This document shows positions 36,290 to 49,222 of a stretch of 64,000 nucleotides of DNA, in pieces. The notes beneath the pieces are model-generated. The model ran no database searches. It saw nothing but the letters and a program-made list of their open reading frames with translations, and was not told the origin of the DNA. Source of the stretch: Octopus sinensis (lineage: Eukaryota). Where the stretch lies: NCBI RefSeq assembly GCF_006345805.1, contig NC_043014.1, positions 2,294,001-2,358,000 on the forward strand, given 5' to 3'. Position numbers and translations under genes: made by a program. Every line of letters starts with the position of its first letter. Positions within the stretch are counted from its first letter, which is position 1.

Positions 36290-36720
36290 TCATCATCATC
36301 ATCATCATCGTTTAGCGTCCGCTTTCCATGCTGGCATGGGTTGGACGGTTCAACTGGGGTCTGGGAAGCCAGGAGGCTGCACCAGGCCCAGTCTGATCTG
36401 GCAGTGTTTCTACAGCTGGATGCCCTTCCTAACACCAACCACTCCGAGAGTGTAGTGGGTGCTTTTTACGTGCCACCGGCACAGGTGCCAGGCGAGTCTG
36501 GTAAACGGCCACGATCGGATGGTGCTTTTTACGTGCCACCGGCATGGGGGCCAGGTGAGGCTGGCAACGGCCACGAACGGATGATGCTTTTTACGTGCCA
36601 CTGGCACGAGGCCAGTCGGGGCGGCGCTGGCAACAGCCACGTTCGGATGGTTCTCTTACGTGCCACCGGCACTGGTATCACAGCTCCAATTTCCATTGAT
36701 GTTGATCGATTTCGATATGT
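36290..36720 (-). mobile_element. RTE 3' UTR fragment
   Basis: Reverse complement of the RTE tail. Confidence 0.8.
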
Positions 36721-36981
36721 AGAATGGAATTAGTTGAGAAAGATTTCTCTAGGTTGATGCCATTCCTGTCTCCAATCCAAGGTTACATTCTGCATGGCCA
36801 GACATATCTTTTATGGACATTTTGGACCCAGTGGCATCCCTTGTAAGCAGATGATGCTTATTTACAAACATTAGGTTATCTCAGGATAAGGTGACAGTCA
36901 CACACACACACATGCATATGTGAGTGTGAGTGTGTGTGTGTGTGTTTCTGTATATACATATATACCAATACAAACACACAC

Positions 36982-37020
<39 letters not shown>

Positions 37021-37130
37021 CATACACATATTTATCAATATAAGGGTAGCAAAAAATTCAAGAAAAATTTTCCACCACCAGCGGTCTAGTGAGAAAGCAA
37101 AAATAGTCACAGACTATATAATATACATTC

Positions 37131-37323
37131 AACAATATTAAGGAATGGCCCTGATAGGCCATTCAACTCACTAGAAAGAGCAGATAAACTCAAACCGCTA
37201 AATAGTTGTAATTCTGAAACTAAAGTAGAAATAGTTTCAGAATTACATCTATTTAGCAGTTTGAGTTTGGCTGCTCTTTCTAGTGAGTCGAATGGCCTAT
37301 CAAGGCCATTCCTTAATATTGTT
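37131..37323. repeat. Foldback hairpin, 92-bp arms, 9-nt loop
   Basis: 37131-37222 vs 37232-37323, few mismatches. Confidence 0.9.
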
Positions 37324-37404
37324 ATATATATACACATACGTATATATACATACATACACCTATACATATGTATGTATGTATGTGTATATATATATATATA
37401 TATA

Positions 37405-38645
37405 TGCTCGATCTGTAGGAAAGGTGTAGGTAGAAACTCCATTAGATGTACCCAGTGCAAGCTATGGACGCATAAGAGGTGCAGCAGTATCAAAGGGAAA
37501 TTAACTGATAAGATAGCTTTCATGTGCGGCAGATGCACAGGGACAGTAGACACCACAGATACTCAGAAAACAGATTCCATCACATGCCAGGGGAAGAAAC
37601 TAGAAGTAGTTGATAGCTTCCACTTCCTAGGTGAGCAAGTTAGTAGTGGGGGTGGATGCTCAGAGAGTGTCACCACTAGAATAAGTATAGCCTGGGCAAA
37701 GTTTAGAAAGCTCCTACCCCTACTGGCGACAAAGGGTCTCTCGCTCAGAGTGAAAGGTAGATTGTACGATGCATGTGTGCTAACTGCCATGCTTCACGGT
37801 AGTGAAACATGGGCGGTGACTGCAGAGGACATGCGTAGACTTGAAAGAAATGAAGCTAGCATGATCTACTGGATGTGTAATGTCAGTGTGAATGCACGAC
37901 AGAGTGTAAGCACCCTGAGAGAAATGCTGGACATAAGAAGCATCAGATGTGGTGTGCAAGAGAGACGCTTGCGATGGTATGGTCATGTACTGCGGATGGA
38001 TGAGGAGAGATGTGTGAAGAAGTGCCGCTCCCAAACAGTTGAAGGTATCAGGGGGAGAGGTAGACCCAGGAAGACATGGGATGAGGTAGTCAAGCATGAC
38101 CTCAGAGCGTTGGGCCTCACAGAGGCAATGACGAAGGACTGAGATCTCTGGAGATATGCTGTGACTGCAAAGACCCGGGCTGCTTCCTGTACCAGTTCCG
38201 CATAGCCCCTGCCCATTCAAAGTACCTTGGATTCCAGAATATCCCGCTGTACTTGAGGAGATCTGTTGAGTCAAGTACATGAGCATCGAAATAAATATCA
38301 ATGGAAATAGTAGTTGTGACACCTGTGCCGGTGGCACATAAAGAGCACCATCCGAACATGGCCGATGCCAGCACCGCCTTGACTGGCTTCCATGCCGGTG
38401 GCACGTTAAAAGCACCAACCAATCGTGGTCTATACCAGACTCCCCTGGCACCTGTGCTGGTGGCACGTAAAAAGCTCCCACTACACTCGCGGAGTGGTTG
38501 GCGTTAGGAAGGGCATCCAGCTGTAGAAACACTGCCAGATAAGACTGGAGCCTGGTGCAGCCCCTGGCTCCAAGATCCCGGTCGAACCGTCCAACCCGTG
38601 CTAGTGCGGAAAACGGACGTTAAACGATGATGATGATGCTGATGA
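37405..38645 (+). mobile_element. RTE-clade LINE, 5'-truncated, RT C-terminal region plus 3' UTR
   Basis: C..C..GVG.NSI.C..C..W.H..C...C..C finger, VVDSFHFLG, KGRLYDACV..AMLHGSETW, RRLRWYGHVLRM, RGRGRPRKTW; premature TGA at 38140; (GAT)n tail. Confidence 0.9.
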
Positions 38646-38649
38646 TGAT

Positions 38650-38935
38650 GCATATGTGGGCACAGGATGTCAGGAAACTTGTACAGCAAAAAAGTACAAA
38701 GCACGAGTACGCGTTCGCCACCACAACCTCGTCTAGGCTTAGCAGCCCTTCCTGATTGTTTTCACTGTCCTGTTTGTGTTACCTATTTTGACCCTCCGCG
38801 AAATCCCAAATTTCATTTAGTTTGCTTTGCAGGAGCAACTGTTTCATTGAAAGCGTATATTGTTGTTAAATGTTCGAAATGTGAGACTAGGGAAACAGCC
38901 AGCAACTGATGAAGGGTCATTCTTTATGTTTGTTA
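38650..38935. repeat. Second copy of unclassified repeat at 2400-2735
   Basis: Direct match; 38650-38710 equals the reverse complement of 2680-2738. Confidence 0.7.
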
Positions 38936-39274
38936 CACTCTGAGAATGTAATGGGTGCTCTTTAGGTGCCACTGGCACAGGAGCCAGTCAAGTGGAAATG
39001 GCATAGGTCACTCTTGAATGGTGCTTTTCACATGTCACTGGCATGGGTGCCTGTCAGGCGGCACTGGCATCGACATCGAGATAGACAGACAGACAGACAG
39101 ATCTACTTATCTATCTGTCTGTCTGTCTGTCTATAATGGTGTTAACAATCCGCTTAGAGGTGTGGGTTAATGAGATAAAATATGAATTGGTCATTTGTTA
39201 TGACTGGAAGTAACTGCAAACACTCAACGCACACACACACATCCACGCTGTCTGTTTCTTTTTTTCTTTTTCTT

Positions 39275-39495
39275 TTTACTTGTTTCAGTCATTTGACTGC
39301 GGCCATGGTGGAGCACCACCTTTAATCGAGCAACTCGACCCCGGGATTATTCTTTTGTAAGACCAGTACTTATTCTATCGGTCACTTTTGCTGAACCGCT
39401 AAGTGACGGGGATATAAACACACCAGCATCGGTTGTCAAGCAATGCTAGGGGGGACAAACACGGACACACAAACACACATCCACATATATATATA

Positions 39496-39542
<47 letters not shown>

Positions 39543-39682
39543 GTTTCCGCCTACCAAATTCACTCACAAGGCTTTGGTCGGCCCGAGGTTATAGTAGAAG
39601 ACACTTGCCCAAGGTGCCACGCAGTGGGACTGAACCCGGAACCATGTGGTCGGTAAGCAAGCCACTTACCACACAGCCACTC
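39275..39682 (-). mobile_element. SINE family A
   Basis: Match to family consensus. Confidence 0.85.
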
Positions 39683-39825
39683 CTGTCTGTTTCTTTTCTT
39701 TTAAATTTACTATTCTATTATTTTTTTTTATTCGACAGAATATGTCTTGTGGCTCTGCCATTTTCAACCCATTGCATTCTGTTTGCATTTTCACGATGAT
39801 ACTTATTCCGTTGTTCTTTTGCCAG

Positions 39826-39896
39826 GCATATGACTGTTGAGGAGAATGAGGAAGGCCCACTTCACATGGAACTTACCACAGATGACACTCACTGCA
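39826..39896 (+). CDS. Possible cytoplasmic exon following the 33744 micro-exon
   Basis: TTCTTTTGCCAG acceptor, phase 2 start compatible with micro-exon; HMTVEENEEGPLHMELTTDDTHC; weak donor GTAGGA. Confidence 0.3.
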
Positions 39897-40070
39897 GTAG
39901 GAAACCACTGGTTCCCCTCCCACCACTGCTCTTACAGCTAAGACACAATATTACCATGCGTCTAGAGAGGAGACCTATCTCTCTCATTCTCTTTCCCATT
40001 CTTTCTCTCTATCTATCTAGCTATATATGCAGGTGTCTATCTGTGTCGGTCACTACTTAGCTAACTCTCA

Positions 40071-40377
40071 TCTTTATATATAAAACAAAAGTTGTGTGTG
40101 TGTGTGTCTGTCTACTCTGATTTAGATTCTTAACTACTCCCACATTTTGCGGTGCACTTTAACCAAAAGCGGGTATCTTATAGTCATGATTCATATCGAG
40201 CCCTTCTGGGTATTAGCGCGCGTCTATGATGAGTCTAAGATTTAAAAAAAAATTTACCATCATTTTTCCGCATTTTTAATGATTTTTGCTCGGGTTATAC
40301 AAGGGAAGTAACTCTCTAAAAATGCTTATATTGTTATTTCCCTTGCAAACCCGAGCAACGCCGGGCGATACTGCTAC
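40071..40377 (+). mobile_element. Non-autonomous Helitron
   Basis: A|TC start, hairpin CCCGAGCAACGCCGGG, decayed CTAG. Confidence 0.8.
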
Positions 40378-40613
40378 GTTGTTCTATAAACATAAGCTGT
40401 CTCTCTTCATGTCACACCCTGGTCTCTGTAGAATATTTCTTTCTTAACTGCTGCATTTCACATGTGGCTCCATGTGTATGTCTGTGTATCTGTGAACAGG
40501 GTGCATCAGTTTTTTGAGGTTATTTCTATGAATTTATAAAAAGACACATAGCACCTCAACAAAACGCTATATTTGAAAACCAATTGGTACAAATAATTTT
40601 GAGAATTGTTTAA

Positions 40614-40834
40614 CCCTTTCGTTACCGTATTTATTTTGAGATGCTCTGTGTTTCTTTCAATTACTTTAAATATAACAAAGAATTTAGTAAAATAACTTAC
40701 TTATCGTTCAGCCAGTGTTAGGAACATAAATTGTGACTAAGGTTTGGTGGAAGATTTTAATTCAAAACTTATGAAAACAAGACATTTGTATTACAGAGCC
40801 AGAGCTGGTTTCAGCCGGCTTGGTAACAAAGGGG
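40614..40834. mobile_element. piggyBac-type MITE
   Basis: TTAA on both sides; TIRs CCCTTTCGTTACC / GGTAACAAAGGGG. Confidence 0.8.
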
Positions 40835-41293
40835 TTAAGCACACATATTTAGTCTGGAAGAACTTTCGGGGAAGAACTTTGGTATGTCTTCTTTTAACTA
40901 AAATCTTCCTCTAGCTCTGATGATGCATAAAATCAAATATATACCTTTTTCACCTGTAAGAAGAATGACTCAGGAAATAACCGTTCTTTCAATTGCTTGA
41001 TTAACCGACGAATTAATAAACTAATTAAGCATTTTGCTGCTCAAAGTCAATTGACTACACCAAGAGACATCCCAATTAAAGAAATATTAAACTGCTTAGA
41101 ATTTTGTAGACACAGGCATTGTCAGAATTTCCTGTCGTTGCTTTTTTTGCGTATTTTGTTGGTTTTAGAAATAAAAACAGTTAAAAACGAATGCAAGAGT
41201 TTCGGTCTGTCAAGTGTTCCTCTTGTTTCAATGTTGTTTTACTTAATTCGTAGAAATGAAACAAAATATTAATTATTCTGAGCAAAGAGCAAC

Positions 41294-42040
41294 AGTGGCT
41301 GTGTGGTAAGTAGCTTGCTAACCAACCACATGGTTCCGGGTTCAGTCCCACTGCGTGGCATCTTGGGCAAATGTCTTCTGCTATAGCCCCGGGCCGACCA
41401 ATGCCTTGTGAGTGGATTTGGTGGACGGAAACTGAAAGAAGCCTGTCGTATATATGTATATAGGTGCAGGAGTGGCTGTGTGGTAAGTAGCTTGCTAACC
41501 AACCACATTGTTCCGGGTTCAGTCCCACTGCGTGGCATCTTGGGCAAATGTCTTCTGCTATAGCCCCGGGCCGACCAATGCCTTGTGAGTGGATTTGGTG
41601 GACGGAAACTGAAAGAAGCCTGTCGTATATATGTATATAGGTGCAGGAGTGGCTGTGTGGTAAGTAGCTTGCTAACCAACCACATGGTTCCGGGTTCAGT
41701 CCCACTGTGTGGCATCTTGGGCAAGTGTCTTCTGCTATAGCCTTGGGCCGACCAATGCCTTGTGAGTGGATTTGGTGGACGGAAACTGAAAGAAGCCTGT
41801 CGTATATATGTATATGTATATATGTGTGTGTGTTTGTGTGTCTGTGTTTGTCCACCTAGCATTGCTTGACAACTGATGCTGGTGTGTTTACGTCCCCGTC
41901 ACTTAGCGGTTCAGCAAAAGAGACCGATAGAATAAGTACTGGGCTTACAAAGAATAAGTCCCGGGAGTCGAGTTGCTCGACTAAAGGCGGTGCTCCAGCA
42001 TGGCCGCAGTCAAATGACTGAAACAAGTAAAAGAGAGAGT
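41294..42040 (+). mobile_element. SINE family A with triplicated 177-bp 5' head
   Basis: Head repeats begin at 41294, 41471 and 41648, followed by one body and tail. Confidence 0.9.
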
Positions 42041-42286
42041 AAAGAGATCAAGCACTGCTGTCACTATAATAATCATAGCTCTCTCTCTCTCTCTTCCTCC
42101 CTCTCTCTCTCCCTCCCACCCTCTCTCTCTCTCACTCTCTCTCTACCTATCTATCTATCTTCTGGTTCAGTTTCTAAGTTTTCACCTTGATGTCCCTCAC
42201 ACAACTCACTTCCAACTTCTGTCTCCTTAAATTTCTGTGTATATACAGATGTTGGGGCCAGATTAAGACCCATAGACACTCTAAAC

Positions 42287-42487
42287 CAGTGGTTTTCAAC
42301 CAGGGTTCCGCCAGTACAGTCCAGGGGTTCCACAAGAAGTTACAAAACTGCTAAAATCGACAGTAATTTTTAAGTCTCCTGTGCAGATATGTGTGCATAA
42401 GACTATTAAATTATTGCACGGGGGTTCCACGAGCCAGCGGAATGTTTCCTTGGGGTTCCGCTCCAGCAAAAAGTTTGAAAAGCATTG
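42287..42487. mobile_element. hAT-type MITE
   Basis: TIRs CAGTGGTTTTCAA / TTGAAAAGCATTG; perfect 8-bp TSD CTCTAAAC. Confidence 0.9.
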
Positions 42488-42799
42488 CTCTAAACATGTA
42501 AAAGCTTTCCATTCCCCCAAATATGTTTAATTAAAAATACAAACAATAATAAACCATAAATTTCTATTCTTCAAAATCAAACAAATCGAACAGTAAGATG
42601 GAAAACTATGATTTATTTTGTATTCTTCCACTTTATGTTTCAAAAATGTTCTACTTTTTTTAATTGTAATCTCTTTGATGAGATCCACACAGTGGCACCA
42701 TGAACATTTCAAAATACTTAATTACATACATATATATTATTGTTGCATGTGATTATAATAAAGAGTTTGGATTGATATTATTTGAGATATATAGATATA

Positions 42800-43106
42800 C
42801 TAGCAGTATCACCTGGCGTAATCGGGTTTGTAAGGGAAATAACTATATAAGCATTTTTAGAGAGCTACTTCCCTTGTTTCACCCGAGCAAAAAATCATTA
42901 AAAATGCGGAAAAATGATGGTAAATTTTTTTTTAAATTGTAGACTCATCGTAGACGTGCGCTAATACCCAGAAAGGCTCGATATGAATGACAACTATAAG
43001 ATAGCCACTTTTGGTTAAACTGCACCGCAAAATGTGGGAGTATTTAGGAATCTAAATCGGAGAAGACAGAGTCTCACACACACAACTTCAATTTTATATA
43101 TAAAGA
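42800..43106 (-). mobile_element. Non-autonomous Helitron
   Basis: 5' TC, 3' CTAG, same family as 40071. Confidence 0.8.
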
Positions 43107-43589
43107 TATTTCAATAGTTTTAGATTCTACTTAATATTTTGCCCGTCATAATTTTGCTGTTTTTTAATTTTTAATGTAATTGATATCTAGTTGAATGGTT
43201 AACACCCACCTAATAATACATAGGCGTTTGAATTAATTTTTTTACAATCCAGCAATTCTTTCACAAGGAAGTTTGTCTATCTACACACCAATGCCCTGAT
43301 GTGACTTATATATAAGGGAACTGAATTGTTTATATATCAAAAAATGTATAAAGTCGAAACAAATTGTTGGCTTTTTTGGTTGTTTAAATAATTATGTTAT
43401 ATTATATTATATTCATAGTATATTATGTTATTTTATAAATAAATTGTTGGATTCTCAATTAATCTCTCTAATTTATTGTTTGCAATTTACATTGTACCCC
43501 TAATTCTGTGGTATTCAACCAATGTACCAGTGAATTGGGTGTTTTACACACCCCTTGAAGGAATTCTTCTCCTTTGTTTGTTACCTTTC

Positions 43590-43636
<47 letters not shown>

Positions 43637-44712
43637 GGTAGGAAGATGGCTTGAGAAGGATGTTTGGAACAATGTGGAGGAGAATGGTAGGGACTCGAGG
43701 GGAATTGGTGAAAGCTGAGGTCAGCAGAGCAAACTCAGCACCAGGCAGCCTGGCCAATCCAGGTGATATATATGCATCGACAAATGCTGTTTACTATATT
43801 GTCATTCACTGATATTGGCCATCACACAAAGCTGTAAATGTTTGTTCTACCAAACAAATTTCTGAAAATCCACAATTACCCACAAATGTTTTATAATAAC
43901 AAATCAGAAGAATGGGCTGAGCAAATCATTTTACAACCTCAATTGCAACATTATGTAAACCTCTCGATCTTGCAACATTATGTAATAATTCACACAACTA
44001 TTAATTACTTCCCAGGTGTCATTCAATTGTCACATGATGAATAAGATTCTTCAGAATAGCATATAAGATATGCAGAAATTCATATAAAGAACCCTAAATA
44101 TATGGTAGACATTTACTGTCTCTTGTGTCTGTTAAACCTATGAAAATGATTATAAAAGCTTTGCTTATTAAACCTTTGAACTGATATTGCTAAATAATTT
44201 TAGATTAGTTCTCACGTCACATCTATAGATATTTTTAGTGAGGGATAAATAATTTTATTGATTTCACAGACACAATCTATCTATCACAGTTTTAACCTCA
44301 ATCTCCCACCCTACTAACGTGTCCATATATGGTCAGTTCTACCTTGCTTCCAACAGATTTGGGGATCCATCAGACGTAAATATAATTTTCGCTGCTCAAA
44401 GTGTATTTGCTACTCCAAGAGGATCTCTAAGACATCCCAATTTCAGAAATATTTATATTCTCTTCTACTCTAGGCCTGAAATTTTTGGGGAGGTGTGGGG
44501 TAGTCGATTAGATCAACCTCAGTATGCAACTGGTACTTAATTTATCGAACCCAAAAGGATAAAAGACGGAATTTGAAAGCAGTTACAGAAATATTAAATT
44601 CACTTGTCTAAGATTTGTTGTATATTATGTATATAGAAATAGAAACAGTTAAAAAAAATACAAGCATTTCAGTGTAATAAATGTTTCATTTATTTTGATT
44701 TTTTTTTACCTT

Positions 44713-45612
44713 TGTAGTGGTTAGTGAAATACATTATCCCTCTTTGAGAGGCACCATACAAATGAGGACGTATCAGATAACAGCCATGCTTCAGCTGCTT
44801 AGGCCCAGTTGTGTCCGCAGCTCTGATTGGTTGGTTTTGGTGCAGTTTTGTCTCTTGCTTTATTTCGCACCAATGTGTAAACCAACCAATTGCAACCTTC
44901 AGATAAGGTCCTGTGACACAGTCTTCTAGGTTCTTCTCTGGAGCCCACTAATCTCTTTATAAGACTAGATCAACAAACCATTTGGGTCTTTTGGTCCTAG
45001 ACCATTGACCACAGAGCATCCAGCGACAGCCAGCAAGTTTGAGCGACTCAGCCATATTCCAGCGACAATACCAACACCACCGCTGCATTTCAGGACCTTT
45101 CTCTACCATCGATTTCAACAATATGTACGCACCAACATCATCCAGGTTTAACTACACACTGTTTGTGAATACTCACCAAGGTTAACAGCAAGTCTACCTG
45201 CGAGATCTTCTGTACCAAGTAACCCGGCATAGGATAGAAGCCTCAACCTCTACACGCGTAGTAACCGGCTCTCCACTCTGTAGCCTCAACTTCTCTGTTA
45301 CAGAACCTCTGCTATTGTGAACTGATAATTATCTCCATTTGAGTCTGAATATTCATCTAGCGTCCTGATTATAGACTTTTCTATGCTCTGTATTATCTCA
45401 CACTTATAAGGCACACACGTACACAGGACAGACACACTTGTCGCACTCACAGACAAACACTCTGCTACTCACAAACACTTAAATAAAACCTTTTCTTTCT
45501 TACATTATATGGTTGCGTTTTTCTTATTCCTTTTGGCTTCTTTTGTAAAGCAACCGTGCGGCGTTTTAAAGGAGACATTCGTGACCATCTCTTTTCAGAC
45601 AGTCACTCTACA
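44713..45612 (+). mobile_element. Solo LTR (Gypsy-like), 900 bp
   Basis: TGTAG...CTACA termini, 4-bp TSD CCTT both sides, AATAAA ~130 bp from the 3' end. Confidence 0.75.
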
Positions 45613-45850
45613 CCTTCTTTTACTCAATACTTTGTTGAATATACATACACTGTATCTCAATGAAAGAAAGTAGGCATATATGAAAAACAAGTCATTTAAC
45701 AAAGACAAGCAGCAACGCATGAGAGCACAACATCATGGGCAAAGACGTTCATTTTTGGTACGTAGATGCGAAGAGCCATTGCAAACCTCGTCAGAAACTT
45801 CATAAGAGCAAAAGAGTTAAGTACAACAATACGTACTTGGACATAGTATC

Positions 45851-46759
45851 TATTTCTTTATTGCCCACAAGGGGCTAAACACAGAGAGGACAAACAAGGA
45901 CAGACAAACAGATTAAGTCGATTATATTGACCCCAGTGCATAACTGGTACTTATTTAATCCACCCCGAAAGTATGAAAGGCAAAGTCGACCTCAGCGGAA
46001 TTTGAACACAGAACATAACGGCAGACGAAATACCTATTTCTTTACTACCCACAAGGGGCTAAACACAGAGGAGACAAACAGATTAAGTCGATTATATCGA
46101 CTCCAGTGCGTAACTGGTACTTATTTAATCGACCCTGAAAGGATGAAAGGCAAAGTCGACCTCAGCGGAATTTGAACTCAGAACGTAGCTGCAGACGAAA
46201 TACCTTTTTCTTTACTACCCACAAGGGGCTAAACACAAAGAGGACAAACAAGGACAGACAAACGGATTAAGTCGATTATATCGACTCCAGTGCGTAACTG
46301 GTACTTATTTAATCGACCCCGAAAGGATGAAAGGCAAAGTCAACCTCAGCGGGATTTGAACTCAGAACATAACGGCAGACGAAATACCTATTTCTTTACT
46401 ACCCACAAGGGGCTAAACACAGAGAGGACAAACAAGGACAGACAAACGGATTAAGTCGATTATATCGACCCCAGTGCATAACTGGTACTTTTTTAATTGA
46501 CCCCGAAAGGATGAAAGGCAAAGTCAACCTCAGCGGAATTTGAACTCAGAACGTAGCAGCAGGTGAAATACCTATTTCTTTACTACCCATAAGGGGCTAA
46601 ACACAGAAGGGACAGACAAACGGATTAAGTCGATTACATCGACCCCAGTGCGTAACTGGTACTTATTTAATCGACCCCGAAAGGATGAAAGGCAAAGTCG
46701 ACCTCAGCGGAATTTGAACTCAGAACGTAGCGGCAGACGAAATACTGCCAGTTCTCCAC
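45851..46759 (-). mobile_element. SINE family C with ~5 tandem ~180-bp units
   Basis: Repeated AAAGGCAAAGTC(G/A)ACCTCAGCGG unit; 15-bp TSD CTTGGACATAGTATC (45836-45850, 46760-46774). Confidence 0.9.
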
Positions 46760-47619
46760 CTTGGACATAGTATCGCAAGAGAAACAGTGTGAGGAACAAC
46801 GTCACCATGTTCTAATGCAAGAGGGTGCAAAATATTACTTATTCTGGGTGTTAAAACAACGGGTCATGCACTAGGAAAGAAAAAGTTTAAAACAAGCTAA
46901 ACTACCATGATGGTCAAGTTTCTCTTTGTCTTTCTTCTTCTAATGAGTCATTCGTTGAGAGTTCCTGGTTTGAAATGACTTCACTACAATATTTTTTTTT
47001 TCGCTCGTTTACAAGACTTGACATACCAGGAACTCACTTAAGTTCTTTTTTCGTCATCTGCCACCTGTATTTCTTCTGCCAGAACATGAAATTATAAGAA
47101 GTCGTTGGTCGTACTTAAAGGTTCCCCTTCTTCAAATGGTTTTGTCTGTTAACAAATGAGAGATCTACTAAAGCGTTTAATGTCAATACACCTGGCTAAC
47201 GCGATGAAATGCTAATTGCGACGAGCGACTGACGTAACCCTCTTACCTGTGTAACGGAGAATGACGTGAATGGGAAACGGAGATAAAGAGAGGGGGGAAG
47301 GAGCGGAGATAATAAAGAGAAAGGAAAAAGTTGACATAAAGAGAGTCCGAGGGGTAGTCAGAGAGAGAGAGAGAAAGGCAATGTGACAGAGCCGACCAGT
47401 AGGATTGGTGACAGGTAGAAACTCAAAGTAGAATGATAGATAAACTAGAGAGAGAGAGCGTGCGTAAGAAGAAAGAGACAAAGGCATAGAAGTTGACAAA
47501 AGAGAGAGAGAGAGGATTGATACATGTAAGACGAATGAACAGGTAGTAATTGAGGAGTCGTAAAGTAAATAGGTAGAGAAATAGAAATACAATTTACGGT
47601 GAAAAAAAGGACGTTAAGA

Positions 47620-47916
47620 GATAGATAGAGAGATAGACACAGACAGACACATAGATAGATAGATATAGAGAGACAGATAGAGAGAGAGAGACACACACAC
47701 ATAGATAGATGGGTATAGAGAGAGAGATAGATAGACACATAGATAGATAGATAGAGAGAGAGAGACAGATAGACAGGGAGAGAGATAGACACATAGATAG
47801 ATAGAGAGAGGGAGAGACAGACAGATAGATAGATAGATAGATAGACACATAGATAGATAGAGAGAGAGACAGATAGATAGATAGACACATAGAGAGAGAG
47901 ACAGACAGATAGACAC

Positions 47917-47978
<62 letters not shown>

Positions 47979-48050
47979 ATAGAGAGACAGATAGATAGAC
48001 ACATAGATAGAGAGAGAGAGAGACAGATAGATAAAGATAGATGGATAGAT
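47620..48050. repeat. Compound (GATA)/(GA)/(GACA) microsatellite
   Basis: Direct inspection. Confidence 0.9.
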
Positions 48051-48907
48051 AGTGGAGAAAAGGAAAGACTAAGAGACCATAGCAATTAGAACCTGAAAGT
48101 GTGCCACTGTGTGTGTGTTTCGAGGTTGAGAGAGACTTTATACACACGCAAGTGCGTGTGTGTATCTCAAAAGTATCGAAGGGGAACGGCAATAATAAAT
48201 TTGATGTTAATCTAATCCAGATAACATTTGAAGCATGTTTATCAACGGTTTCCAAATAACCATGAAGAACAATTTCCGTTTCTCTCTTCCTCACTCCCCC
48301 TTTCTTTCCCCCTCTCTCTCATCATTCGTTTATTTATAAATCGAAATTCATGTGCTTTTTTTAAAAAAAAAAACTCTATCTAGTTAGTTCTAGCCCGAGC
48401 TGGAGCAATCATGTGAATATACGAGTTGATTTTGCTGTTATTAAGACACAAGCTTGGTTTAAATGAGTTGCCCTTTAAGGCCAGAAAACATTTTAAAATC
48501 CCGTCTCTGGGACTTTTATTCTAAGACGATTTGTGTGATTTGAGGAAATTTTGGCAGCTATTTCGGATCTAATAGACAAAGTATTCGAAGAGCGAGCAAA
48601 TTAAATTTAGAAAAAACCCCATCAAACAAGCGGGTGAGCCTATTGAAGAGAGGGACCCCAGGGGACATTATTTAACCTACACGGGATCTATATTTGTCTA
48701 TACATAGACAAATAGATATGTACACAACTAATTTGAATAATACTTTACACAACCATTTAAGAAGACATAAATGTATTTTTTATGTAAAAAGAATGAATAT
48801 TTTTTATTTATAGAAGGGAAAGAGAGACTCCACCATTCAATAATACGCACTCTGTAACTTTAACCGTCAGATCCCCCTCTCTCTATTCACTCTATGTGTG
48901 TGTGTGA

Positions 48908-48954
<47 letters not shown>

Positions 48955-49204
48955 CACATATGCTCATGGTTCATTGAGGTAAACACACACCTTTCTATTC
49001 TTTGAATCCGCAATAGTAATAATAGTTTAATGCGTGTGTGGGAGACAGAGAGATAGAGAGAGAAAGAGAGAGAGGGAGAGTGTGTTACGTACTATTTGAA
49101 TAGCGTGGTGGGTGACTATGCCAACACATACACCTACGCACACACACACTCGAGTACACACCCTCCCACTTCTCACTCATACTCACACTCATTACTCGCA
49201 CTCC

Positions 49205-49222
49205 ATTGCAAAATGGCGTCTA
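49205..49222 (+). promoter_or_regulatory. YY1-like motif (CAAAATGGCG) upstream of start exon
   Basis: Motif match only, ~300 bp upstream of the acceptor at 49507. Confidence 0.25.

Noticed and set aside
41181-41862. Triple-repeat 197-224 aa ORFs
   Set aside because: Antisense translation of the triplicated SINE head.
44717-44929. ITIM-like VSEIHYPSL exon after a good acceptor
   Set aside because: Lies inside the solo LTR; the AG is part of the TGTAG LTR terminus.
45851-46759. CRISPR-like repeat array (also 55029-55700)
   Set aside because: Whole units are repeated with no unique spacers; eukaryotic SINE/Helitron context.
46914-47074. Minus-strand acidic C-terminal exons (EIQVADDEKEL / EVISNQELST...)
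   Set aside because: One good donor, but the implied intron is only 54 nt with no polypyrimidine tract and there is no recognisable homology.
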